Source of the DNA: Nitrosopumilus sp.
GTDB taxonomy: Archaea; Thermoproteota; Nitrososphaeria; Nitrososphaerales; Nitrosopumilaceae
NCBI GenBank assembly: GCA_965218695.1
Contig: OZ244651.1
Coordinates: 1 to 64,000, forward strand
Reading direction: 5' to 3'
DNA: 64,000 nucleotides
This document shows positions 20,635-29,817 of the stretch, piece after piece (positions within the stretch are counted from its first letter, which is position 1; each line of letters opens with the position of its first letter). A program made the position numbers and the translations under genes. The notes beneath the pieces are model-generated. The model made no database searches. It was not told the origin of the DNA and saw only the letters and a program-made list of their open reading frames with translations.

Positions 20635-21633
20635 ATGGTTATAGCGTCCGGCAAGGCAGGTAACAAGATGGTTCCCACCAGTAAGAGGACGTGCGGCATC
20701 ACGGCACTGGTGATGGTGGTGGTGTTGCTGGTGCTGCAGGCGGCGGCTGTTCCACCTGCAGAGTCAACGACCTGTATAACCGAGTCAGATCCCTACCACA
20801 AGTACTTCGAGTATTCGGCGATAGTCCTGGCAGAGGTGATCGACGTGGAACCACTTGGCACGGAGCAAAAACAAGGCAAGGAACTCCAATATCCGGACGA
20901 GGAAAGGTACGTGCTGAAAACCATAAAGAGATACAAGGGTGACCTACCGGAGACGTTCACCATGACAAGCATGGTAGGTACCACCCTATCCTATGATCTA
21001 GAATACGGGCGGATCTACTTTCTGAGCGGCACCGCAGACGGTCCGACTATGGGTGTATGGATATGCGACATAGACGCGGTAGGTGACACGGCCAATTCCG
21101 TGTCGGAACGGCCGGTATCTGAAGCATCTGTGGACGCATACAGGAAGTTTGACGCGTTCTTTGAGGCCGAGATGGACCTGCCATCGCCCAGGGAGCAGCA
21201 GGAAGGCATGATCCGATTTGCATCGCTTGAGTGCAAGTTCGAGATGGTTCCTGCCCTGACGGCATCAGGCATGTTTGCGTGCGTCACGCAGGAGACTAAG
21301 GATGCGCTGAACGCGCGCGGGGCTCTTGAGGAGTTTGACTATTCCAAAATATTAGACAGGCAAGTGGTGCTGGAGCGGGAGATGGGAGACGACGTAGTTT
21401 TACGCTACTGGTTCGAAGATTGGGGCATGAGCAAAATCGAGATCAGCCAACACCGTCCAGGCTTTACACTGGGCATTACCGCAAGTGACAGCGGGACCAT
21501 GCTGGTGTCGGTTCCGGACGGCTTCCATACGCTCGCAAAAACTGTCCATGAAAACGACACGAACACCATATACAGGGTGGAATTCCCGCAGGGATCATCG
21601 AGCGTTTATTTCTATTTTAAGAATCCGTACTAG
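20635..21633 (+). CDS. secreted protein, possible TIMP/NTR-like N-terminal domain plus thaumarchaeal SPxxQ-Cys motif
   Basis: Signal peptide; TTC...SAIVLAEVIDV...KRYKG...YGRIYFL...WICD; PSPREQQ...CKF...FACV. Confidence 0.7.
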   Translation: MVIASGKAGNKMVPTSKRTCGITALVMVVVLLVLQAAAVPPAESTTCITESDPYHKYFEYSAIVLAEVIDVEPLGTEQKQGKELQYPDEERYVLKTIKRYKGDLPETFTMTSMVGTTLSYDLEYGRIYFLSGTADGPTMGVWICDIDAVGDTANSVSERPVSEASVDAYRKFDAFFEAEMDLPSPREQQEGMIRFASLECKFEMVPALTASGMFACVTQETKDALNARGALEEFDYSKILDRQVVLEREMGDDVVLRYWFEDWGMSKIEISQHRPGFTLGITASDSGTMLVSVPDGFHTLAKTVHENDTNTIYRVEFPQGSSSVYFYFKNPY

Positions 21634-21760
21634 GATGGGATCACAAGTGGCTCTGGTCCATCTTGGTAAACGCATGATAACCCTATCACCACCCACCACA
21701 CAGGTGGGAAAGCGAGATTAACATATCTTCAACATGCTAGTTGTGCTCACCTGTTGCATA

Positions 21761-23048
21761 GTCGGGGACATAATGTTTCGCTCTTTTTCCCGTCCAGACT
21801 GTAGCTACCGCCCATCTTAGAATTATACCAAGTTGGCAGGGTACAGGGATGTAATCTGACTAAGTTTGTTGCAAGAATTTCCGGGAATGCCTTTACGGCG
21901 TAAGATATTTCATCATCTTGACCGGCTTCATCTCGCCTGAGTTGATTATTCTCTTGACGACATCCACGACTTCATCTGTTGTTTTGAACTGCCGCCCGGC
22001 AAGTGTTTTCTTGAGCACCCTCCACTGGACCTCGATGGGGTTGAGCTGTGGGGTGTACGGCGGGAGGAATATCAGCCGTATGTCCCCGTTGGTACCATTT
22101 ACAAAATCCGTGACCGTGTCGGTCTTGTGGTATGACGCGTTGTCCAAGATCATGACAAATTTCCCGTACGTCTGGCGCATGTCCGTCAGGAAATCCTTGA
22201 ACGTCTCGGAATTTGTGTACTCTACGTCCTTTACGTGGATCCTCTCAGATGACAGCGCGCCAAACATCCGGGATGACTTTGTGCTGAACGCCGTGTCTAC
22301 CGTATTGCCGCCTCCGATTGGCCTCCACCCGTACCCGGCGCTTGCCCCCAGCTGGACTGCGACCTCGTCTCCTGCAAGTACCGTGCGTCCACTCGAAATC
22401 ATGCCTAGGATAGACTCGGTCGTCTCCTCCTTGAACCGCTTTTGTTCTTCTGCCGTGGCAGACCTGCGGGGCACGGGTCTTGGTTTCGTGTATGAGAATC
22501 CGAGCCGGCGCAATACCCGTCGCAGCGTACGGGCGCTGGCGCCCATGCCGATCCAGTCCATGATTACACCAAGCAGCATCCTTGTGCTCCATGACGCGGA
22601 CTCGAACCCGAATTTTGACGGCGCCTCCAGGAGCCAGGCCTTTATCATCCAAACCGAGCGTTCTCCCAGCATCCTCCTTCTTCCGGTAGACTTTTTGTCA
22701 AACCTGCCTGCCAGCCCGCGCCTGGTGACCCTTACCAGCCAGCCGCGTATGGTGGAATACGGCTTCATCATCGCACTCGATATGGCGTGCAGGCTCATCC
22801 CGGCTTTTCTCTTGTGGCATGCAACCAATATGTCCCGCGCCTTGCCGGACGGCGTCTGGTTAATCATCCGGAGGATCTCATCTTGGTTTGTATCCTGCAG
22901 GAATTCGTTGCCCTTGGGCAGCCTGTCTTTCCTGCACAGCGCCTTTGAAAATATCATGCCAATTTTCAATATGTCCTAGGATCAAAGTTTTTCGGTTGTT
23001 TGCTCACAAATCCGCACCGTCAAATTAGCGAAACATTATGTCCCCGAC
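21761..23048 (-). mobile_element. IS630-family element
   Basis: Perfect TIR GTCGGGGACATAATGTTTCGCT; TA duplication (21759-21760, 23049-23050) within palindromic target TGCATATGCA. Confidence 0.93.
21893..22969 (-). CDS. IS630-family transposase (single ORF)
   Basis: AGDEV, ILDNASYHK, LPPYTPQLNPIEVQW. Confidence 0.95.
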   Translation of the reverse strand: MKIGMIFSKALCRKDRLPKGNEFLQDTNQDEILRMINQTPSGKARDILVACHKRKAGMSLHAISSAMMKPYSTIRGWLVRVTRRGLAGRFDKKSTGRRRMLGERSVWMIKAWLLEAPSKFGFESASWSTRMLLGVIMDWIGMGASARTLRRVLRRLGFSYTKPRPVPRRSATAEEQKRFKEETTESILGMISSGRTVLAGDEVAVQLGASAGYGWRPIGGGNTVDTAFSTKSSRMFGALSSERIHVKDVEYTNSETFKDFLTDMRQTYGKFVMILDNASYHKTDTVTDFVNGTNGDIRLIFLPPYTPQLNPIEVQWRVLKKTLAGRQFKTTDEVVDVVKRIINSGEMKPVKMMKYLTP

Positions 23049-23153
23049 TATGCATAATCACGTCTACTCCGTTGCAGCAAGCGACACAAACGGCCCGGTT
23101 ATGGCTCCGAATAGACCTGAGGATTTACCAATGCGGCACCCTGCAGGCGCGAT

Positions 23154-23435
23154 TCATCCCCAGATTCCCCTTCCCTCTTCAAGCTCGTAGATTCTGACGT
23201 TGATCCTTCCAAGCATCTTCTTTTTGGATTTGTTGGCCTTTTTGTCGTGGCTGTAGTCCTTCTTTTCAAGGATTGCCTGCAGCCGCTTGAGCTGCTCTAC
23301 GGACAGCCTGTTAAAGCCGCCCTTGGAGCTTGAGATGAGGCGCAGCAGCCTGACCCTCTCGCGATCCGCGTCGGTGATCTCGGGCATGAGTACAGTTGGC
23401 AGCCCGTCCTTTATCTTCATAGCGGGAGAATCCAT
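23154..23435 (-). CDS. conserved hypothetical protein
   Basis: 93-aa basic ORF divergent from the dehydrogenase gene. Confidence 0.65.
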   Translation of the reverse strand: MDSPAMKIKDGLPTVLMPEITDADRERVRLLRLISSSKGGFNRLSVEQLKRLQAILEKKDYSHDKKANKSKKKMLGRINVRIYELEEGRGIWG

Positions 23436-23471
23436 ACGAATCTTAAAATCCCTCGCCGCACAAAGATTGCC

Positions 23472-24506
23472 ATGGAAAAGATGCAGGCAATGGTGCTCTA
23501 CGAGTGCGCCCCCGTCGAGACAGAGCCGCTAAAGCTCGTGGAGATAGACAGGCACGAGATTCAGAGGCCAGAGGAGGTACTGATAAGGATCGAGGCCTGC
23601 GGCGTCTGCCACTCTCAGCTGCACGGGATAGAGGGGGACTGGAAAGATATCGGAATTCCGCCCGTCCTTCCCACTGTTCCAGGCCACGAGGTCGTCGGAA
23701 CAATAGTTCAGACAGGCACGGGCGTGACAAAGTTCAAGGTGGGCGACAGGGCAGGAATCACCCCTCTTCTTGAGGCATGCAGAAGATGCTCATACTGCAA
23801 GGAGGGAAAAGAGTACCTCTGCGAGTCATCAGAGATAACAGGCGAATCCTTCAAGGGAGGATACACCCAGTACATTACGGTTGCAGAAGACTTTGCAACG
23901 AGGATTCCGGCAGATATGAGCCCAGAGTATGCAGCGCCGCTGTTCTGTGCAGGAATCACGGCATACAAGGCAGTCAAGGCAGCAGAACCCGAATCCCACA
24001 AAAAGATCGGGATATTCGGGATAGGCGGGGTCGGCCACATGGCAGTCCAGTTTGCCAGGGTGGAAGGCTGTGACGTGATCGCATTCTCCAGGGCACAGAG
24101 GCATCTGGATGTGGCAAGGAGGCTTGGCGCTGCAGACGCCATGGCGTTCTCTGATGACCAGCCGGAATTTCTCAGTAGGCTGCAGGAGAAGCACGGACTG
24201 CTTGATGCAGCCATCGTCTTTGCCCCTGCAGACATTGTAACTGACACGGCTGTGAAATCAATCAAGAAGGGCGGGATGGTAGTCATTGCAACCGTGGGAG
24301 AGAACCCGCCGTTCATGGCATTTGAGGAGAAGACGATAAGGGGCACCCTGATCGGATCCACAAGGGACATGGAGGATGTCATCAGGATATGCAGCAAGGA
24401 GAACATCGAGGTGGTGTCAGAAAAGTTCCCGCTCAGGGACGCAAACAAGGTGCTCAAGAAGCTCAAGGACTCAGAGATTGACGCAAGGGCAGTCCTGATT
24501 CCCTGA
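23472..24506 (+). CDS. zinc-dependent alcohol dehydrogenase family protein
   Basis: CGVCHS, PGHEVVG, CRRCSYCKEG...LC, GIGGVG. Confidence 0.95.
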   Translation: MEKMQAMVLYECAPVETEPLKLVEIDRHEIQRPEEVLIRIEACGVCHSQLHGIEGDWKDIGIPPVLPTVPGHEVVGTIVQTGTGVTKFKVGDRAGITPLLEACRRCSYCKEGKEYLCESSEITGESFKGGYTQYITVAEDFATRIPADMSPEYAAPLFCAGITAYKAVKAAEPESHKKIGIFGIGGVGHMAVQFARVEGCDVIAFSRAQRHLDVARRLGAADAMAFSDDQPEFLSRLQEKHGLLDAAIVFAPADIVTDTAVKSIKKGGMVVIATVGENPPFMAFEEKTIRGTLIGSTRDMEDVIRICSKENIEVVSEKFPLRDANKVLKKLKDSEIDARAVLIP

Positions 24507-24515
24507 CACCGGGGC

Positions 24516-24671
24516 ATGAACTGCAAGAGGTGCCACCACACAGACGAGGCGCATGTCAAAGACGACGACAACAGCAGATCGATCATAAGGGTGGGAGGAT
24601 GCAAGATTCCGGTCTGCACGTGCAGGCAGTACGTGGATCCAATCAGGGAGATAGACGAGGACGCGTTGTGA
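24516..24671 (+). CDS. small Cys/His-rich zinc-binding protein (51 aa)
   Basis: Manually translated MNCKRCHHTDEAH...GCKIPVCTCRQYVDPIREIDEDAL*; starts 9 bp after the adh stop. Confidence 0.65.
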   Translation: MNCKRCHHTDEAHVKDDDNSRSIIRVGGCKIPVCTCRQYVDPIREIDEDAL

Positions 24672-24807
24672 GACTCCAAGGGGCGGCAGTGCGCAGTCCC
24701 GGCCTTCCGGTTGCACATGGGAACCGCCCACGGGATGGATGGATGGTCGATCGGTTTGGTCCAGTCCAGGATATCAGTTCATATATCAAGACATGCACCA
24801 TGCCAGC

Positions 24808-25041
24808 ATGGACAAGCACAAGCCGTCAGACGAGATGATAGCGGATCTTGACAACATCCTGTCAAAGATTAACGCAATGGAGATTGTCGCATCAGACGGC
24901 TTTGAGAAGAATGCAGTCAAGGTTATGAGGGCCCTTGTACAGGGGCAGATGCACTCAGTCAGGGAGTTTGACCACCTCAAAAAGGCAATAGACCTTCTGA
25001 CCATGCAGCTCTTTGAGGTTCAAAACAAGGTCAGGGGTTAA
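24808..25041 (+). CDS. hypothetical coiled-coil protein
   Basis: MDKHKPSDEMIADLDNILSKIN...; TATA-like ATATATCAAG ~25 bp upstream. Confidence 0.7.
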   Translation: MDKHKPSDEMIADLDNILSKINAMEIVASDGFEKNAVKVMRALVQGQMHSVREFDHLKKAIDLLTMQLFEVQNKVRG

Positions 25042-25528
25042 GCCGGGTATCGCTTATTCCGCAGCCGGTGCACCGGAATAGGGTGGATTCCTTGAGGGCC
25101 TTTTCGGGCTCCATTGCAGAGCCGCAGCACGGGCACGAATGGCTTGCCGGGGGGGTGTCCCTTCGCACCGCATATTCCGGAGGCGGGGCGGCAGGCGCAT
25201 CGCCTGCGTTGCACGGCGGCTTGTAGTGAGCAGTTATCCTTGTCAGGGTGCTCCGGCGGTGCTTGGCATCAGAGTCAAACATCGGCAGTATCGCCAGGTA
25301 CAGCGATTCCTCGGATCCTGCATGCTGCATCCAGCACTTGAACCGGTCATGCTGGACAAAGAACGACTTTTCGTCGGTCTTTTCACAGTCACCGCCATAC
25401 AGTATGCTGAAACGATCCTTGTCCCGCGACATGACAAGGTACAGCAGTTTTTCCATGGGCGGTCCCCACTGGTTCAGCTGGACCGGGCCTAGAAACTCGT
25501 ACTGCAAGATCTGTATTCCCAACAACAT
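25031..25528 (-). CDS. hypothetical protein with C-terminal zinc ribbon
   Basis: CPCCG...CTGCG; start taken at MLLGIQIL. Confidence 0.7.
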   Translation of the reverse strand: MLLGIQILQYEFLGPVQLNQWGPPMEKLLYLVMSRDKDRFSILYGGDCEKTDEKSFFVQHDRFKCWMQHAGSEESLYLAILPMFDSDAKHRRSTLTRITAHYKPPCNAGDAPAAPPPEYAVRRDTPPASHSCPCCGSAMEPEKALKESTLFRCTGCGISDTRLNP

Positions 25529-25655
25529 GATAACGTGATACTGGCTTTTCTTCTTTTCCAATTGGGCTGTACGGGAGTGGCGCCTGCAAGCCAGAATACG
25601 GCCGGCCGTTTCCTGTTTGAAAGGATTAAATTCAAGCGCGGTAACTTTTCCATAA

Positions 25656-25904
25656 ATGAAAGAGCCGCACAATCATGCCAAGGTTGGTCATTCGATGATT
25701 GTAGTGTCTGCAAGCCTTGTAGCCATAGGCATCCTGGCACTTGCAATCGGCTCAGACGTGCTCTTTTCAGACAATATCTCAAGGGACAATACCGCGCACT
25801 TTGAGGAGTGCAAGGCAAACGACTTCCGGACAGACGGTTGTGAAAAGTACTGGGACAGGATCAACAACAAGATATCCGGAATTTACGTGGATCTGGACAG
25901 ATGA
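25656..25904 (+). CDS. small membrane-anchored hypothetical protein
   Basis: One TM helix, two Cys. Confidence 0.65.
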   Translation: MKEPHNHAKVGHSMIVVSASLVAIGILALAIGSDVLFSDNISRDNTAHFEECKANDFRTDGCEKYWDRINNKISGIYVDLDR

Positions 25905-25932
25905 TCATGATGATGATGATGATGATGATATC

Positions 25933-26623
25933 TCAGAACCCGTTTGAATAGTCCTCAAACATATTCTGGTTCTTGGTAAGCTTGTTCATTTCATACAGGG
26001 CCCCTCCCACTATTCCGGCCTGATAAAACGTATACAGGAACACACCAGAGGCAGTGGGATCAGACTTTGTAAAGCTCAGTGCAAGCATCGTAAAGAATAC
26101 AAACGTCCCGCCAAAGGTGGCCAGTCTGTTCATCACGCCGTGGTTCATTCCGACTATGCGCCTGCTGGCAGCTGCCATCAGGGCAACGCTGCTGACAATC
26201 AGAAAGGTCGCCCCGCCGTTTGCCATGATAAACTCGTTTATCCACGGCAAGAGTCCGGTATCCAGTATCGAAAAGTCAGGCAGTATGCTGCCCCCGTTGA
26301 TTGCAAAGCTTACCGAACTGAATATTCCCCCAATCACAAAAAAGAACAGGAATATTTTTGTAAACGATCTTCTCAGGGGGCTGCGGAACTCTGAAGGCCT
26401 GACTGCCCTGGCGGTAATCCTGTACCCGTAATGGAATCCCACTGCGACGGCAGGGATAAACATGAGATTGATCAGTATCGGGGACTCCCGGCTGATGGCC
26501 TCTATCTGGGGATAGAATATCAGAAACGACAGTATGGCAAGGGATGCAGCAGAAACAAACAGAACGGGCCCCACAAACACAGAACCGCTGCGACTGGATT
26601 GGCCCTCCCAGTTGTACATTTCA
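25933..26623 (-). CDS. multi-pass membrane protein
   Basis: About 6 hydrophobic segments; start uncertain (MYNWEG). Confidence 0.7.
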
Positions 26624-26715
26624 TATGTTTGCAGGAAAGTCATTAAACAGGGAACCGAAAAATCATTTGCCCAGTTTATCAATTCTTTTTAGCGGATGCC
26701 GTGCAACGGTGCATT

Positions 26716-26916
26716 ATGCGTGCAAAAAGTATGCTGATGGCTGCAGGTGCTGCAGGAGTCATGTTCGGGCTGCTCTTTCACCTTCAGGGCATGGCCGTTG
26801 TAGGCCCGGAGACATCGTTCATGTATGAGAGTCCGGAGTGGGAGGCGTATGGAATTGCAATCATGATAGCAGGAGTGGTCACGGCAGGCGCAGGATACCT
26901 CCGGGGCAGATCCTAG
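26716..26916 (+). CDS. small two-TM membrane protein
   Basis: FHLQGMAVVGPETSFMYESPEW between two TM helices. Confidence 0.65.
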   Translation: MRAKSMLMAAGAAGVMFGLLFHLQGMAVVGPETSFMYESPEWEAYGIAIMIAGVVTAGAGYLRGRS

Positions 26917-27152
26917 ATTGTAACGCGGAGCGTGATGGTGCTTTTGATGTTCTGGAGTATTCGAATCTGCGAGGATATGACAGAGTTCATCTGCAGCGCA
27001 TCGGGTGCCACAATCTCGGCCACCAGGTCGTAGCTTCCATACGTTATCAGGCAGTCTCGGATCTCCGGAATCTCCCTGAGATGGGACGACAAGGAATGCT
27101 CCTCGCCTGCCTCACAGCTGATAAGCACGTATGCCTTTTCCATCGGAATCAC
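26913..27152 (-). CDS. Lrp/AsnC ligand-binding (RAM) domain protein
   Basis: AYVLISCE...TYGSYDLVAEI...IRILQNIKSTITL. Confidence 0.85.
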   Translation of the reverse strand: MIPMEKAYVLISCEAGEEHSLSSHLREIPEIRDCLITYGSYDLVAEIVAPDALQMNSVISSQIRILQNIKSTITLRVTI

Positions 27153-27198
27153 TACTAACAGGACGGTACGGTAACTTAAATGATGGCAGGCATGTGCC

Positions 27199-28587
27199 GT
27201 ACATACTCAGGTCCCCCTCAAACTCAGGCGTGAATATACGTAAAACAGTACATGTTTACGCCTAGACAATACCCAGTCTTCCCAGAAGTACCTGAAAACA
27301 GCCCAAAATCAAAACAGATCAATTAGGGCAATCTCAGAAGGTCATCGAACTACCAATGAACCAACTGAGACGCGACTTGCTTAACAACCCACGCATATAT
27401 CAAGATGTTCTGGACACGGTAGGGGCAGGCATGTCCCCGTGCATCATGGTCTCACACAGGCACAATGCCATCTACGGCACCGAGGATTTTCACAGAAGCA
27501 TGGCAGGCGCATGTGCGCACGGCAGGCAGGTGGCCGGATGCACCAGGTCCTCCAAGAGAATCGGCGGTGCAGACGGGGACTCACGCCCAAGTGATGAGTG
27601 GATGCGCGATGCGGCATCCCGGACGCGTGGCAGCGACGTCTACAAATGCTTTGCCAAGACAGTCGTCCTGCAGCTTGACCAGATGCGCAAGATGAGACTG
27701 CTCAAGAAAGACCAGGAGATTGACTTGGCAATCGACATGCACCTGATACCCAGATACGACAAGAGCTACGGGGCAGAACTGGTGCGCTCAAAGGCCAAGG
27801 ACGGGACACACGTCTTTGAGAGGTACATCACGATACAGTCCACGGTTCAGAACCTTCGCCTCGTGTTAGGCGTCCTGAACATGCCGTCACTTGAGGATAC
27901 TGCCGATTTCGTGCGTAAAATCATCGGCTCTGCACGGGACGTGGGGGCCTGCATCGGAATGGCGATGCTGGACAGGGAGTTCTTTACGGCAGACGTAATG
28001 GGGACGCTTGGGGACATGGGCATCAAATATCTGATACCATGCAAGAATACGGATACTGTGGTGGATGCCATCGCAGAGTTTGCTACAGGCAGGCGCGGCC
28101 GCGTCTCCAAATCCGTCATCGTCGGGGGAGATGGCAGGGAGGTGTCGTATACGATGACCATCACAGAAAGGAAGAAGAGGAAGAAAAGAAAGGACGACGA
28201 CGAGCTGCTGCCGCACGAGAAATACATCGGGTTTGCCACCAACGTCCCCGACGTGGATCCGGACTCGTACGGGAACAGGTGGGGCATAGAGACTGGATAC
28301 CGGATGATAGAAAACACAAGGGCCAAGACGCACAGCAAGAACCCGATGGCGCGACTTTTGTGCTTTGTGTACTCTGTAGCCGTCTTTAACGCTTGGGTAA
28401 TGGCAAACGCAACGCTGATGCACGTTACCGGGATTTATCCCACGGATCCCCCGATCACCCAACAGGATCTCAGGGACATGCTGCTGTTGCTGATCGTATT
28501 TGGCTACAAAGAGCCGCCGGAGCCCCCGCCGCCGGTGCTACCCTGAGCTACTTCTGGGAAGACTGATACCGGGACCTGAGTATGTAC
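27199..28587 (+). mobile_element. ISH3/IS4-like insertion sequence
   Basis: 17-bp perfect TIR GTACATACTCAGGTCCC; 8-bp TSD CATGTGCC (27191-27198, 28588-28595). Confidence 0.9.
27356..28546 (+). CDS. DDE transposase (ISH3/IS4 superfamily)
   Basis: LAIDMHLIPRYD, LDREFF, YGNRWGIETGYR (YxxRxxIE signature). Confidence 0.9.
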   Translation: MNQLRRDLLNNPRIYQDVLDTVGAGMSPCIMVSHRHNAIYGTEDFHRSMAGACAHGRQVAGCTRSSKRIGGADGDSRPSDEWMRDAASRTRGSDVYKCFAKTVVLQLDQMRKMRLLKKDQEIDLAIDMHLIPRYDKSYGAELVRSKAKDGTHVFERYITIQSTVQNLRLVLGVLNMPSLEDTADFVRKIIGSARDVGACIGMAMLDREFFTADVMGTLGDMGIKYLIPCKNTDTVVDAIAEFATGRRGRVSKSVIVGGDGREVSYTMTITERKKRKKRKDDDELLPHEKYIGFATNVPDVDPDSYGNRWGIETGYRMIENTRAKTHSKNPMARLLCFVYSVAVFNAWVMANATLMHVTGIYPTDPPITQQDLRDMLLLLIVFGYKEPPEPPPPVLP

Positions 28588-28608
28588 CATGTGCCGCCGC
28601 TGCTTTGC

Positions 28609-29817
28609 CTAGAACCCGGCTGCAATCGGATCCTCAGGCTTCATTATCTCGCGCAGCAGTATCGTGGCAAAGGATCCCCGCGAGAGTGAAAACCCTACCG
28701 TGGCAGTGGAGGCATCTGCATGATAGTCCGAGCAGCACATGGCCGCCTGCCTGAACCCCCCCTGGTCGCTTGCCTCCTGCATCTCTTTTATGAAAAAGTC
28801 CTTGGGGGCAATCTCTTCGGAGTCAAGCACCGTGGATATCTGGGGGTCGAACCTGGTCTTCTTGTAGTAGGAGTATCCCACGAATGGCACGGCCAGGCGC
28901 ATGCCCTGCCCTCCGTCATACCTCCGTATAGTTCCGCCTGCGTCATAGCATATGTCGCCGTCCCGTGCCTCAAAGAGTTCCTGCCCGTCCAGATACGCCA
29001 TGCTCAGGGACTTGTTGAAGATGAACGACTGGTATGCCCGGACGTAGAGCCTGCGCAGGGACAGCGGAATGGCCCGTACCGCTCGGTAGGCGTCCCCGTG
29101 TTTGACCATCTCCCGAAGGACCGCTCCCTCCACATCCATCCAGGACGGAATCTCTCCGAGCATCCTCTCGTAGTTTGCCTCGTCTGCAAGCTCGCATCGG
29201 ATCCGTGCATCATCGCCCTTCTTGGACTCGTACGGGGATACGAATGCCAGCACCAGCCGGACGGCCTTGCCAAAGTCCCTCTGCAGGATCGCCCTTCCTA
29301 TTAGATGGGTCACCGGCCGGCTGGAGCCAAAGCGCTGGTACCCGTAAAAATTCAGAACCCGGTCATACCCGTCAAACATTGACAGCCCGTCTGCACAGCC
29401 GGTGATCCTTATCGTAAAGCGGTTTGATATCATGTCCCTGCTTGATAGCGGCCTTGGGGAGTAGCCTACCGCCTTGAGGGAGTACCTGTCGGTTGCAAAG
29501 TCTGCAATCGCCGTTCCCCTTCTTGTGGAGCACACTGTCTGCTCAGTCACTGCAGACGCGTCCTTGAGGCCCAGCGACTTTAGGCGGACCCCCTTTCTCC
29601 TGAGGATGTCAGAGAGGGCATGACGGGTATCCTTCCTGCTCTTTTTCAGCAGGTACACGGCATAGGCTCCCGTCTCCAGTATCGAGTCCTGCGCCCTTGC
29701 AGATATCACCTCGGAGACTGCAAAATCCTCGGGTCTGGCACGGATTCTTCCCCCGATTCCGCCAAACCCAGTACTGTAGACGGAGATGCCTATGTCAGAG
29801 TCGATGGCCGGAATCAC
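28609..29817 (-). CDS. truD: tRNA pseudouridine(13) synthase TruD
   Basis: PEDFAVSE, GLKDASAVTEQ, NFYGYQRFG, FSLSRGSFAT. Confidence 0.95.
   Translation of the reverse strand: MIPAIDSDIGISVYSTGFGGIGGRIRARPEDFAVSEVISARAQDSILETGAYAVYLLKKSRKDTRHALSDILRRKGVRLKSLGLKDASAVTEQTVCSTRRGTAIADFATDRYSLKAVGYSPRPLSSRDMISNRFTIRITGCADGLSMFDGYDRVLNFYGYQRFGSSRPVTHLIGRAILQRDFGKAVRLVLAFVSPYESKKGDDARIRCELADEANYERMLGEIPSWMDVEGAVLREMVKHGDAYRAVRAIPLSLRRLYVRAYQSFIFNKSLSMAYLDGQELFEARDGDICYDAGGTIRRYDGGQGMRLAVPFVGYSYYKKTRFDPQISTVLDSEEIAPKDFFIKEMQEASDQGGFRQAAMCCSDYHADASTATVGFSLSRGSFATILLREIMKPEDPIAAGF

Noticed and set aside
21918-22979. Long antisense ORFs (also 23708-24718, 31850-32974, 37414-38538, 59000-59857, 62725-63726)
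   Set aside because: Shadow frames opposite well-supported genes; Ser/Pro-rich with no motifs, as expected from codon bias.
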